Below, one piece after another: positions 37,862-50,051 of a DNA stretch of 64,000 nt (position 1 is its first letter; each line of letters starts with the position of its first letter). The stretch comes from Yuukianura sp. NJ FZ-2021. Taxonomy: Eukaryota. The position numbers were made by a program, and so were the translations under genes. Below the pieces are notes generated by a model. That model was not told where the DNA came from, did no database searches, and saw only the letters and a list, made by a program, of their open reading frames with translations. The stretch is from positions 8,680,001 to 8,744,000 of the forward strand of contig CM102287.1 of assembly GCA_046563655.1 (NCBI GenBank), read 5' to 3'.

Positions 37862-38696
37862 GTCATTCATTTCTAATTCCAACTCTTTATTACTATCCCC
37901 ATTAACATCCTCTAAAATAAATCCTGCTGATTACTAGAAAAAACTTTCAACTTTAAAAATTTCGTATGCTAGTAGGCAGGGCCCGTGTGGACCACAAGTT
38001 GTGGTGTGCTATTTTTTGTGTAGCCTTTCTCCAATGCCAAATCTTACCCCTTTTTCATTCGCATCTTCACTTACATGCATATAACAAATCGGAGGTTTCC
38101 GGAAATTCGGAGTGCAAAAAAAGTAGGGTTTTGATATTTACTTGGTAGGCAAAGTGGGCAGTACAGTGTGAATGCGGTCGCGGTGTAAAGATGTAAAGTC
38201 TAGTCATAAAATATTTGTATTTCCTCATACGACACTTCTAAAGTGTGGTCTTGATATCAATTCTCAAAACAATCACACTTTTTAATATTTCTGTGTTAAT
38301 AATGCAGTTTCTGGCCACTCTGTCACTGTCACTGTAAACACATTGTTCGATTACGTTCTACTCTTGAGCTTCCAATCTCCATCCTTCCATTTCACGAAGC
38401 GTTGGAGGTGCGGCATAATAAGTCATTTCATTTGATACTCGATAAGACCATCATCCAAGAGTCCTAGGCCCAAGGTCAAAGTTTTTCCCATCATCCAAGT
38501 CCATTTCGAATCGTTACTGCTTGCTTTTAGTAGGTTGCTCCATTTCCAATTGTCAGAGTTTATCTTCTGTCGTGTCAAGACTCAAGAGGGAGTAGTTACT
38601 CTACTAAAAAGCTTCCCGTTGCTTCCTAAATTCGATTCACTTTGCATTTGGACCTCGAACGAACCGGTACACTTGCTGTCTGTCTGAACAATCATC

Positions 38697-40447
38697 ATGA
38701 GTGGAGACGCTGGAAAGAAGATGAAGGTGGCAATTGTTGGATCCGGAAACTGGTAAGAACTCATGCCAAATCAAAATTACTGTAAATCAAATCTGAATCT
38801 ACGTAAACTTTAACTAATTGTGTTTTTTTTATGTCAAATAGGGGTTCTGCAATTTCAAAGATCATCGGAAGCAATACCAAGAAGCATCCAGACCTCTTTG
38901 AAGAAACGGTCAAGATTTACGTCTACGAAGAACTTGTCAACGGACGGAAGCTGACCGAAATCATCAACCAAGAGCATGAAAATGTCAAGTATCTCCCAGG
39001 TCACAAGTTGCCAACGAATATCGTACGTTTTTAACTTTGGAAGGTCAAGTTAACTTGCAAATTATGCATTTTAGTTTGACATTTATTACTACTTAGGTGG
39101 CAGTGCCGGATGTCATCGAGGCTGCAGGAGACGCCGACATCATAGTGTTTGTTCTTCCACATCAGTTCATTAAAAACACATGTAAACCATTAGTCGGAAA
39201 GACGAAGGAAGGTGCTATTGGACTTTCGCTTATTAAGGTAAGTGTATGTCTATCATCAACTGCATGAACCAACTGGACATATTTACTGAAGCGACAGTAA
39301 TGAGGTTTTGAAATTTGTTTGTGAAGGGCTTCGATATTGCTGAAGGAGGAGGAATCGATTTAATTTCGCACATTATCACTCGCCATCTCAAAATACCGTG
39401 TAATGTCCTAATGGGAGCCAACTTGGCACATGAAATTGCAGAGGGAAAGTTCAGTGAAACTACAATTGGTAAATCTACCCACAATTCTTAGTATTCCAAA
39501 AAATATTTCGAACTGATATCGTAAAATGATGAGTTTTATTATCTTTGAAGGTTCTCACAACATTGCCCAAGGCCGCATCCTTCACAAGCTTATTCAGACG
39601 GACGACTTCCGTGCAGTCGTCGTTGCTGACGTAGAAACGGTTGAACTTTGTGGTGCACTTAAGGTAACTACTAACTATGATTTGACATTTGATGACACAT
39701 TTGCTCGGCACTCTGGATAAAAAGTTTTCTTAATCGCGTTTTCATTTTAGAACATTGTTGGAGTTGGAGCTGGTCTAATCGATGGTTTGGAATATGGCGA
39801 CAACACCAAAGCAGCAGTGATTCGCCTTGGACTGATGGAGATGGTTCGGTTTACTTCCGTAAGTGGATTAGGAATAACATTGATTGCAATTTTACCTTAA
39901 TCTGCTAACCAACAGTCTTTGTGCTTGTTGCTTTTAGGAATTTTACGGAGGGAAAACGGAACTGTCCACGTTCTTAGAAAGTTGCGGTGTAGCGGATTTG
40001 GTCACAACTTGTTACGGTGGTCGTAATCGGAGAGTAGCTGAAGCGTTTGTCAGAACTGGGAAGGTATGAAACCAATACAAAGATTAAAATTATCCTTTTC
40101 ATTCTATTTCAACTTTTAACTTTGTTTTAACCTTGGTCATTTGTCAACTTTTTAGACCTTGGCTGAACTTGAGGTAGAAATTCTCAATGGCCAGCGTCTT
40201 CAGGGCCCGGAAACAGCCGCTGAAGTCAACTATATGCTCAAAAAACGTGGTCTTGAACACAAGTAAATTGTTGAACTAAAGATTACTTGTGCATTTCAAC
40301 TTTCAACTCATTTTAACTTTCAATTTTGTCTAAACTTGTAGGTATCCACTGTTCACTGCGGTCCATCGGATCTGCTTGGGTGAAATCCCTCCAGTAGCAA
40401 TAATTGATGCAATTCGAAATCACCCTGAACACATGTTAGTCGATTAG
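38697..40447 (+). CDS. Gpdh: Cytoplasmic glycerol-3-phosphate dehydrogenase (NAD+)
   Basis: [49 protein letters not shown] and RNHPEH motifs. The C-terminus may vary by splicing. Confidence 0.96.
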
Positions 40448-41063
40448 CAATCTAAGCAATTAGCAACTAAATAGCTGCCCTACCCAGTACCCATTCGCTA
40501 ATCAATTCGCTACTAACTAACTTTCTTGTGATTTGTGCTGTACTGTCAAGCGGTGATAATACTCCGGGATTTGCTTTATTCGTTCCTTTGCTCTACTTTT
40601 TTGTTGATTTCTCTGCAATTATTGGATTTGATTTATTAATTTATTTTGGTTTTTGTTTGTAGATCTTCTACCATAGACAATTGAGTGATGCCTTTGAGAG
40701 TGTTGAAAACCCAAAAAATCAACTAAAACTGATTGATTCCCTTATTTTGGGACTAATTCGTTTGTTTTGGTACAAATTACGTACAATTTACTAAATTCTT
40801 GATGTTTCTGCCAATTCTTCTGTACTTCTTCCAAAGTGAAAACAGGCAGAAAAGAAACATTGCTTTTCTGAGCCAAATAATTCCGTCAATTGTTAACTTT
40901 GTAAAAACAAATTCTGAAATTCTCCTTCGTATAGTCTTTGCGGGCAAGAAATAAAGCAAATAAATCAAAATTAATTCAATATCAAAGTATCGTACTGTAA
41001 TTCTTGACAAATTCAAATTTTTTTTATACTCAAAATTTTCAGTTGAGAATTTCTATAGTTTTG

Positions 41064-43009
41064 TTAATGTTCGAAATGGACTTGTTTCCTGGAACAAAAA
41101 TTTTGAACTTGCGAAGCGTAATCGAATTTTCGACTTTCTCCATCTCTAGCTCTGTATACTGCCCACCGATCGTAAATCGGAATTGAAGTGTCAGCTAAAT
41201 GCCAAAGATGTCCGAACTCCCGCTGACTTCTTAGCTGTACTTGAAACTGTTCATGGAATTCATAAGCACTGGAACCGACCTCGCCAAGGTCAATGCCCAT
41301 TCGCTCTATTTCTGGAGTTACACGCAAACGTAACGCTGGAACCAAGTTCATCGCACCCAGCAGTATCAGTGTTACAACAAAACTCCAAGCGAATCCAGCC
41401 GCAGTGTCGACCAATTGATGAAGCTGAGGTGAAAAAAAACTTAGACAACTTTTTTTCGAAAATGTATTCAAAATGTTTCCTTGTTTTTTATGTTACGATT
41501 TGCATGTAGTTTCCTTCCAGCCATCCACCTTCAATCGCTGGAGCGTATTTCTTTTGTGCAAAAATTCCAGTTAGCAAGCAGCCCAGGATTCCTCCAACTC
41601 CGTGAACAGCAAAAACGTCCACCGGATCGTCCAATCTTGAGCGTTCCATTAACTTCGTCGAAGCGTTGCAGACAAGAGCGCCCAAACTTCCGAAAACTAG
41701 ACTGCGTAATGAAACAAATCAAAAATTTCAAAAAAAAAAATTCAAAAAACATCGTTAGACCTATTGATTCCCATTTTTTTTTGTTTTCTACCTGCTTGCA
41801 GGACTGACGAATCCGCAAGCCGGCGTGATACAAACCAGCCCTGCGACTGCGCCAGAACAAAATCCAAATGCTGACCATTTTCCTTTATGCAGGAAATCCA
41901 GAAAAGTCCACACGATTCCGCCAATAGCTCCTGATAGATTTGTCGTCAGACAAGCATTTGTTGCTTGTAAGTTCGGAGCGAGTGCTGGATATAAGTATTT
42001 CAAAATTTCGAAAATATTTTCAAAATTTTGAAAGTGAAACGGACCTGAACCACCGTTGAAGCCAAACCAGCCGAACCAAAGTATTCCAGTACCGAGGACA
42101 GTATACGTCAAGTTGTGCTGTTTGATTTGGTCACAACAGGAACACGGTGCTCGTTGTCTGGGTCCAAGCAGCAAAGCATACGCCAACGACGCTGCGCCGC
42201 TACTAACATTTGTAAAACTTAGATTTTCAAAAAATTATCATAATTTCAAAAAAATTTTAACTCAGAGAGCAAATCTGAGTACCTAACATGTACTGGTGTT
42301 CCTCCGGCAAAGTCCAAACCTATGTTAAAATTAAAGTTTACAATTAAAAACAGTACATAATTAACTTTTTTAATTTCAGAACACTTACTACCTCCCAGTT
42401 TAGCTGACCATCCATTGGGATTCCAGGTCCAGCAGGCCAAGAAATCATAGACAAGAGTCGTCCAAGCAAAGATGAACAGCGTCGTGGGTAGAAACCGAGC
42501 TCGTTCTGCGCCTGCTCCAAGCATCAGCGCTGGAGTAATCGCTGCAAACATTCCTTGGTACAAACAGAACAGCAGCGCTGGAATTTTGGACGATCCGACT
42601 GACGGTTGATCAAAAACATCTTGGAGAAACAAATGCTGGAAGTCTCCTATTAGGAAATTCGCTGTCGAGCTGAACGTCAGTGAGTACCCAATTAAAAACC
42701 ACTGAAATTCAGATTTCAAAATTTCGAAAAATTGTCAAATTTTCAAATTTGTTACGCTTAACTTACTTGAAACGAAACAACAGCCATAGACCACAGACAG
42801 AGTAGCATGACGCTGAGAGCGTTCTTGGCCCGGATCATTCCGGCATAGAAGAATCCAAGCCCAGGAATCATCAGCCACACCAGTGCAGTGCAAATTAGAA
42901 TGTAACTGATGTCGCCGGGGTCAAAGGTCACATAGCCTTCTGGATTCTCGGTGGTCGCCATTTCTTCTGATGAGTCAGGGTCTGAACCCGGAAAAACTAT
43001 GTTCGCCAT
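41064..43009 (-). CDS. Ammonium transporter of fungal MEP (Amt2/MEP) type, 7 coding exons
   Basis: [98 protein letters not shown] and ERMGID motifs. Six phase-compatible GT-AG introns. Confidence 0.95.
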
Positions 43010-43365
43010 TGGTCAACAAGAGTGAAAGTGAAAGTTTACTTTCTCCGAGAACTTTAAACACTTCTTCAGCGAAAAATTTAGATCAAAAGTGAAAGTTTGC
43101 TTTCTTGGACAACAAATTACAAAAATTTTACCTCAAGCGACAAATTTAGACCAAAAGTGAAAGTTAAGCGACAAGCACTTGACATCATGTCGTGCTCTTC
43201 CTAATTTGAATGTCACTTTTTCCCTCATCGCTGTCACCTCTTTGACCCATTTCCGCTGATAGGGTGAAAACTTTTATTGACCAAGAAGAAACCGTTTTGT
43301 ACGCAGTAGCACTTAAATCAAAATTTATCTAAATTCTAAATTTCTAAAAAATCAAAATCAACTGT

Positions 43366-43668
43366 TTACACTGGAGGTTTTACAGCCGCGTCTGTTTCAG
43401 GCACTCCAGTTGGATTTGCCACTGGTACAGCGCCTTCTTGTAACGGAGGAAACTCTAACACGATGATGAGTAGACCAATCAGACAGACCAGCGTAAACGC
43501 AAGGATCATTCCATTGCAAATCCAGAAGTCTCTTTCGAAGGCCTTCCGCGGAGGCTGGAAGTGCAGCAATTCCGTGTGCTGTTGCGGAGATGGATACTGC
43601 CGGATGACTACAACTGTCTCACCGTCAATGTCACCCGAATTCGGTTTTTTCGTCATCTTCACACTCAT
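43366..43668 (-). CDS. Small single-TM protein of unknown function
   Basis: Uninterrupted ~100-aa ORF from ATG 43668 with TM segment MILAFTLVCLIGLLIIVL. GC content is higher than in the flanks. Confidence 0.55.
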   Translation of the reverse strand: MSVKMTKKPNSGDIDGETVVVIRQYPSPQQHTELLHFQPPRKAFERDFWICNGMILAFTLVCLIGLLIIVLEFPPLQEGAVPVANPTGVPETDAAVKPPV

Positions 43669-44337
43669 TTGACCCTCGTCCCCGTTCACTCTGGACACTG
43701 AACACGAAAAACAAGGCAAATTTTGATCAAGACTGTGGAATTTAGAAACTTCGAAAAATTTTCAACTTTGAAAAACTTTTAACTTTTGGCGAAAGGACAA
43801 ACTATGTTTGGACAAAACAAAATCAAACTTTTACATTTGTTTTCTCCACAATCGTGCAGGTAGGCTTACTTTTAATTTTGTAAAATTTAGTGAATTTAGT
43901 CACCTGAAAACAATTCACCGCAACTTTTTCTTAGAAATTGGCAAATTCCCGAACTTTTAAAAAAGTTTGAGCAAACTTTTCAAACCAGCTCAGTTTCTAA
44001 AACTAAAAAGTGGGACAAATGCTATGTTCTTGGAACGTTGCCAAAGTTAAGTTGTTTGAATTCCAGATTTGCAAAATCAAATTCAGAACATTTTTTTTTA
44101 GTTTTCTAAAAATAGGGAATCACTTCAAGAAGCCAACAACTGAAACACTACTGAACTTCTGGAATTTGCAAAACTAAAGAGACCACAGAGCACTTCCTGC
44201 TGTTACGAAACAAAAAAAAATCCGAAATTATGTTAACGTCAAAACCACAATTGACATTCTCCTTTGACTCATAACTTTCTTTAGTTTCCAGTAAAATTGA
44301 AGTACAAGGTTTATTTAATTGAAGTAATTTAACAAAC

Positions 44338-45731
44338 TTAAACTTTACGTCCTTCCTGTGCTGGTGCTGTTGCAATTCTTGATTCAATCCATGCTGCAAA
44401 GTGAGAAACTTTGGTGTAAACTGCTGGAGAGTCTTGCCTTGCACAAACAGCAGCTGAAAATTTAACAAGTTTTTATGGAATTTTATCTGGAATAGGAAAG
44501 TTATCGAGTCATACGCGGTGTCGTAATATTGAAATACAAAAAAAAATAAAATAAATAAACAAAAAAACAAAAACGAAAACCAAAGTATTTTCAAAAATTT
44601 TGAATTTGTTTTGTTTTTCTCTCTTACTTGCAGAAGAGAGACCATAAACAACATTTCCAGAATGAACAGGACTTCCAGAATCGCTATTACATGAGAAACC
44701 GATTTTTTTTGAAAATGTATTTTATTTTTGAAAAATCGAAATAGTGAATAACTTTTTCGATATTTATTACCCGAAGCAAGTTCCTTTTCCAGTGTATCCT
44801 CCAGCACAGAAGACGCCTTCGTTGTAGTCAATTCCTCTTAGAGAATCTAGTCTGTTCTTGCATTGGTCTTTTGGCAAGAGTAAAATTTTCACCTACAGAT
44901 TGCAAATTGTGAAAATTTAGGCTTTCAGTGACAAATTTTTTGTTTTGAAAACCTGCAAAAGTTCGTCTGAAACTTGTTCATGCTTTTCACTTTCCAGGCC
45001 CCACCCAACAGCCACCACCTCTGCCCCCTCCGGAGAGAAAGTTTCATTGGCAATTGTCCCTGGTTGGACAAATTCGTTGAATTGAAAAGATTCGTTGACC
45101 TTGATGATCCCAATGTCACTCTGCAGATTCAGTCTATCAAAAAAAAAGTTCATTTTTCTATTATTCTGAAACGGAATTGGCAAAAACAGGCGTTTTTTGA
45201 AAGTTTTGACCAACATGTCAAAGCCTGGATGAATTTTGACTTCTGAAATTTCTCGTCGTTGTTCCGTTCCTTCATCAGTGGCCAACGAATACTCTCCGGC
45301 AGTGATTATGTATCCACGAGAAAAGTAGCGCAGGCAATGAGCCTGAAATGTTAGGTCAGAAGCCACCATTTCTTAAATTTTTTGAAATTTTGTCAAAATT
45401 TTGAAAATTAGGAATTTTTTAAATTTTTACTGCCGTTAGGACGTAGTCCTTGTTCAAAATTGTTCCGCCACAAAATGGAGTGTCAAAATACTTGATGGAA
45501 ACGACCCAGGGGAAAGTTCCTGGAGAAACGTCCGAACCACCCACGATGTACGGTGTTGGCACGTCTTTGAAATCTCAAAAAACAACCAACGCTTCAAAAA
45601 ATTTAGGTTTAGTTCAAAAAATTTTTTTTTCAAAATTCGACTGACTTACCGCGGTCACTTTGACCAAGCGCAATAGAAATTATATGAACTACGAAAAACA
45701 GCAAGACGTGAATCCCTGTCCCGAGAAACAT
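44338..45731 (-). CDS. Secreted S1A serine protease, chymotrypsin-like specificity pocket (7 exons)
   Basis: Signal peptide, IVGG, FCGG, LTA|AHC, SDIGII, GWG, GTCFGDSGSP and PAVYTKVSHFAAWI. The catalytic triad is intact. Confidence 0.9.
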
Positions 45732-46207
45732 TATTTTCAAAAAATAAAAAGCAGTTAAATCAGATTTTGAAAAACTTAAACTTAAAAAAATTAAATAAAA
45801 AATTTGAATTTTTTTTTTCAAATTCAGCGATTTTTTGAACGTTTCTGTAAAAATATTGCACTACAGTTTACAACTCTGTGTTTACTTGTACAATGTAAAG
45901 GTTGGCCTTGAAGTGAAAGTGTTTCGGCATTCTGCTAAATGTAGAAAACCGGTTTGAGTCGGAAGTACACTCGAATTTGGCAAATTTTCAGTACTTTACC
46001 GTTACAACGCTCAACCTTCGTTCATAAAAAATCGGGTTTTGGGCTTAAAATGCTGTCAGTCAAGGAAATGTCAACAGATTTTAAACATTTTACTTTCAAC
46101 TGTTTCTGTCAGATAGGAAGAAAAAACATTTGAACTTTCGGGGCTAGACAAGAATTTAGCTGGAGAGTTTTAGAAAAGAGAAGAAAGTTGAAGAATTTTG
46201 AAGTGGT

Positions 46208-47907
46208 TTATTGTGGGCAGTTCCATCGGTGGACCTTGGTTTGTTCCTGGAAGTCAAACGGCGAGTCGTGATGCCTGACCTGTCGGTGAGCCTCGTGACC
46301 TTCATGGAAACTGTGTGACACGACATTGAAACCAAACGGTCCCTGGCTCTTGTCATGGAGGTAGACGAAGAATGGCTTGTCAAAGACCAGTTCAGCTGAG
46401 GAGTACTTGTTTCGGTACTGGTTGTTGTTGAAGTTATTTGTGATAGTATTCGGGTTGAATTGTGATTGTGGCTGGAACGGCCTGTTTGGCTGGTTCAAGT
46501 GTCGGGAAGTTTGGCCAGCTTGGTTCACCTGAGCACCATTAGCTACGGAGTAGACCAATTCTTCATGGTTGATTGAAAATGTCACGACTTGGACGACTGG
46601 CTGGAGAGTGTGGGGCTTCGCACCACCTTCGACGTGGCACTCAACTCTCTAAAGAAATAAACAAAAAATTTTAAAAAATTCTTGAATTTTAAAAATTTCT
46701 TAGTTTAAAAATTTTGTTGTGTGGTTGTATGCTTACGTGTTCCTGGAGTTGGCTAAATCCATGCGCAACGGTGTAGTTGACATGGGGAACTTGGACACGA
46801 ACGTTCTTCGTTGGCCAAGCCTCTGGTCCATTAGTAAAGATTTCATCGACGACTCCTTGGGCAAAGTAATCCTTGACATCATTGTGGGTCAAAACGAAAA
46901 CGGCATGCTTGACGCCTCCTTCAAGTGGAACAGCAACTGCAGTGTAGCTCTGGGTTTCCAAAACTGGAAAAGCTCCACTGTGTTCGTAGTTTTCAATTGG
47001 AACTGGTCCATTTTGGGTATTGAAATTGTACTTTCCAATCTTGGTCCACTCATGCTTCCAGTCATTGGCAAAGTGGAAACTGTTCACAAAAACTCCGGCA
47101 GTGTGTTCATGGAATGGCGGAACTAAAAACAAATCCAAGGTTTCAAAAAAATTCAACTTTTTCCAAAAGCTTGTTTTTAAAAAACTGTTTTAATACCTTG
47201 TGGTACAAGTTCATCTTCAACGTAGTCGCGTGTAGCTACTCGAACAAGTTCGTTGATGTGATTTGGCGCATGCGGATTCTTCCAGAGTTGCGTAATGAAT
47301 TTCCTGGTGTAGAGACGCTCAACTCCTGGAGTCGCTGGAAGGTTTTCGTGCGGAGTGAACAAGTAGCTGGTTGGGTATACGTGATTGTCCTCCTAGAAAA
47401 ATTATTCAAATTAAAATTTTGAAAATTATGAAATTAGAAAATGTCTAGGTTAAATTTTTTTCCAATTCTTACTTCCTCAAAGTTGTAAAATTGTTTTGAG
47501 TACGACTCGACAGCATCTTGTGGTGACTGGACACGCAGAATCGTTGGGATGCTGGATGTCGGGAGATCAAAAGTTTCTTGACTCAGAACAGCCAAGAAGT
47601 GCCCCAGAGTGAAACTGTTTGTGGCTGAAACTCCATTGTGGTGAATGTTTCTCCAGAAACCAGGATGTTTGAGGAGGTCAGAAGTAAAGCGATGGTGGGC
47701 CAGAAGATGTTCTCGTGGAACTGGAACGTGACCTTGTCTTCCCCGAGAGTGATGGCATTCATCATGGTGTTGTTCATGTTCTTGAACCCGTGGAGCAAGT
47801 ACTGGACGCTGAACTGGAACATTTTGGGGGTGGTTTGGATGATTTTGAAAAGTGTTGTGCTGCGCTGAGGCAACGGCCAACAAAGAAAGAGCAAGAAGAC
47901 GAAACAT
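46208..47907 (-). CDS. Divergent secreted serpin-fold protein, probably non-inhibitory (4 exons)
   Basis: Signal peptide; INELVRVATR, VFVNSFHFANDW, AVAVPL…VFVL, VQVP and LVFDKPFFVYL match serpin core motifs. The hinge consensus is absent. Confidence 0.75.
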
Positions 47908-47980
47908 TCTGATGTGTCAGGAAAAGTGACGATTCCAGTACAAAGAAGTTGACTGGTACCGGCTAATGTGTCCGGGCTGT

Positions 47981-47988
47981 CTTTTATA
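47981..47988 (-). promoter_or_regulatory. TATA box of the serpin gene
   Basis: TATAAAAG about 30 nt upstream of an Inr-like CCAGTC and about 75 nt upstream of the ATG. Confidence 0.55.
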
Positions 47989-49308
47989 CCGGTAAGCCGG
48001 CCGGTTAGAAAGTTCTGGACGCGTCAATCTCCAGAAGGAGTTAGTAACTCCATTTGTTTTCATAACTGGTTTGCCGTAATTTATGCGTGGCTGTCATCAT
48101 AAGTTGGCAACACTCCTAGAAACAAGAATAAAAATCCGAAAATCATTACAGTTTTTCTTGTCCAAGCAAGCCGTTTGCCCGGTTCAGTTTCATGTGATCA
48201 GTGAGTGAAATTGAAATTGCGTAACCTTACAAACATTACCGGCCACGTCTACATACTAGCATGGCTTGTCCTGCTATTTACAAAACTGGGTTTCAAGGAT
48301 CTCCGGTCTTCGGGCTGTCAAATAAGTCTAAAACCCGTCTTTTTGTTTATCCAGATACTCAACGCAGCATTTAGCAACAAAAAACTTCATTTTTTTCTGG
48401 AAGTTGTTGACGTGACCTTCAAAGTTCATAGGCTCCTCTTACTTCTATTTCTGTTTGAAGGTCAACATTTGACCCTCAACTCCTGGAGCTGAAATTCATA
48501 GCAGTAGCGGTGCCAAACCCTAAAAAATAAAAATAAAAAAGTTGAAAGAGCAGCATATGAAAAACTTAACATCCAAGCATGCCTTTAAAATCTGAAAACC
48601 TAGTCGTAAAAACACGTCATTTTTTTAAAAGTAAATTAAAAAGTTTGCGTAGTTACATAGTTAAGAAAATCAAAGCAATTTAAAAGCTCTGTAAAACGTG
48701 TTATGTAAAAATGGCTTTTTTTTACTCAACGCAATTCATCCTATTCTAATTTTTTCAGCAAGTATTTCTGAATTGAAAATTGATTAATGGATGTATTGTT
48801 AGGATCTCCTTACCAGTATTCGCTTCTTTCCCTTTAAGGTTTTATACTCTCACACAATACAAATCAATTATTATGACTCAAAAAACTGAATTGATTGGTG
48901 CACGATAAACACGCAGATCCACTTTCTGAAAGCATGAAAAAAATATAGTTTCAAATCTAAAATATTAATGTTAGTTTTTTTTGAAGAAACTAGTGGTGTT
49001 GGCACCCAGTAGTCCAATTTTCGAATTGCGTTTTGCAAGCAAGGGGGTCAAACGATGCTAGGAAATGGGCGTTTCCTTGTCAGTATCACTAACAATTAAC
49101 TTCACGGAGCTTAGCAACCACGCCCAATTCCAATCACTTTTGATCTCCCAATTAACCAGAACGAGTAACGATCCTATAATTTGCATTGTAAATGTTATAA
49201 CACTGGAAAAAAGATGACCTCGGAGAGCCATTTCCGTGTCTCCGCCTTCTCACACATTACAAAGATGTCGTCTGAAGTAGAACAGAATCCGGCTAAAAAA
49301 AGATCAAG

Positions 49309-49316
49309 TATAAAAG
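49309..49316 (+). promoter_or_regulatory. TATA box of the cuticle protein gene
   Basis: TATAAAAG followed about 20 nt later by an Inr-like TTAGTT; ATG at 49401. Confidence 0.6.
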
Positions 49317-49400
49317 GCAATGGACATAAATTTTAGTTTACCAATATCAAATCATCCAGCACTCAGCACATTTGAGACACTCCGAGACCTAGAAACCAAA

Positions 49401-49881
49401 ATGGCTGTAAGTTTTTTGGAATACTTGGGAAGTATTTTGAAACTGCTGACCTTTGACTTTTTTTTAAACAGAAACTGTTCGTCCTTGCTCTTCTGGTTGC
49501 TGCTGCTTCAGCTGGCGCAATCTACCCAACGACTTATATCAGCCGAGCACCAGCGTTCGACTCGGCAGTGATCAAATCGGACAGACTCGGAGGAAACTTT
49601 GCCTACTCTGTTGCTGAAAACCATGCTTATGCTGCTCATACTCCAGTTGTACAAACTGTTGCGTAAGTTCTGCATCTTAACGCAGCAGTTTAAGTTCAAA
49701 GTTAATGTGACCTTTGACCTTTAGAGCTCCAGTGACCTACGCTGCTGCCGCTCCTGCCGTTACATACGCTGCTCCAACAGTGACCTATGCTGCTCAACCA
49801 GCTTTCTACAAAGCTCCACTTGGACTTGGACTACCAACGGCCTACGCTGCAGCTCCAGCTTCAGTCGCAACTTTTCTGTAG
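49401..49881 (+). CDS. Small Ala/Pro/Tyr-rich cuticular protein (3 exons); not in the ORF track
   Basis: MA|KLFVLALLVAAASA signal, RAPAFDSAVIKSDRLGGNFAYS motif and (V)TYAA(P) repeats. Confidence 0.85.
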
Positions 49882-50051
49882 AAAAAAAATAACTTGACAC
49901 CAGAAATTAAATGATCAATGTGGAACATTAATTTGATACAAAAAAAATGAAAAGAAATAAAATTGTCGTTTTCTAAAAATTTACTTATCTGAATTTAAAA
50001 ATGAAGCGATGTTTACAGACTGAGTTTGTGTTGTAACGTGTTCTTTCGTTG

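Noticed and set aside
41064..43009. Fungal contamination as the explanation for the MEP gene
   Set aside because: Its introns match the AT-rich, poly-T/A style of neighbouring host genes, and it is contiguous with arthropod genes on both sides. Only reads could fully exclude it.
44148..44831. 227-aa minus-strand ORF
   Set aside because: It runs through AT-rich introns and out-of-frame exons of the serine protease gene.
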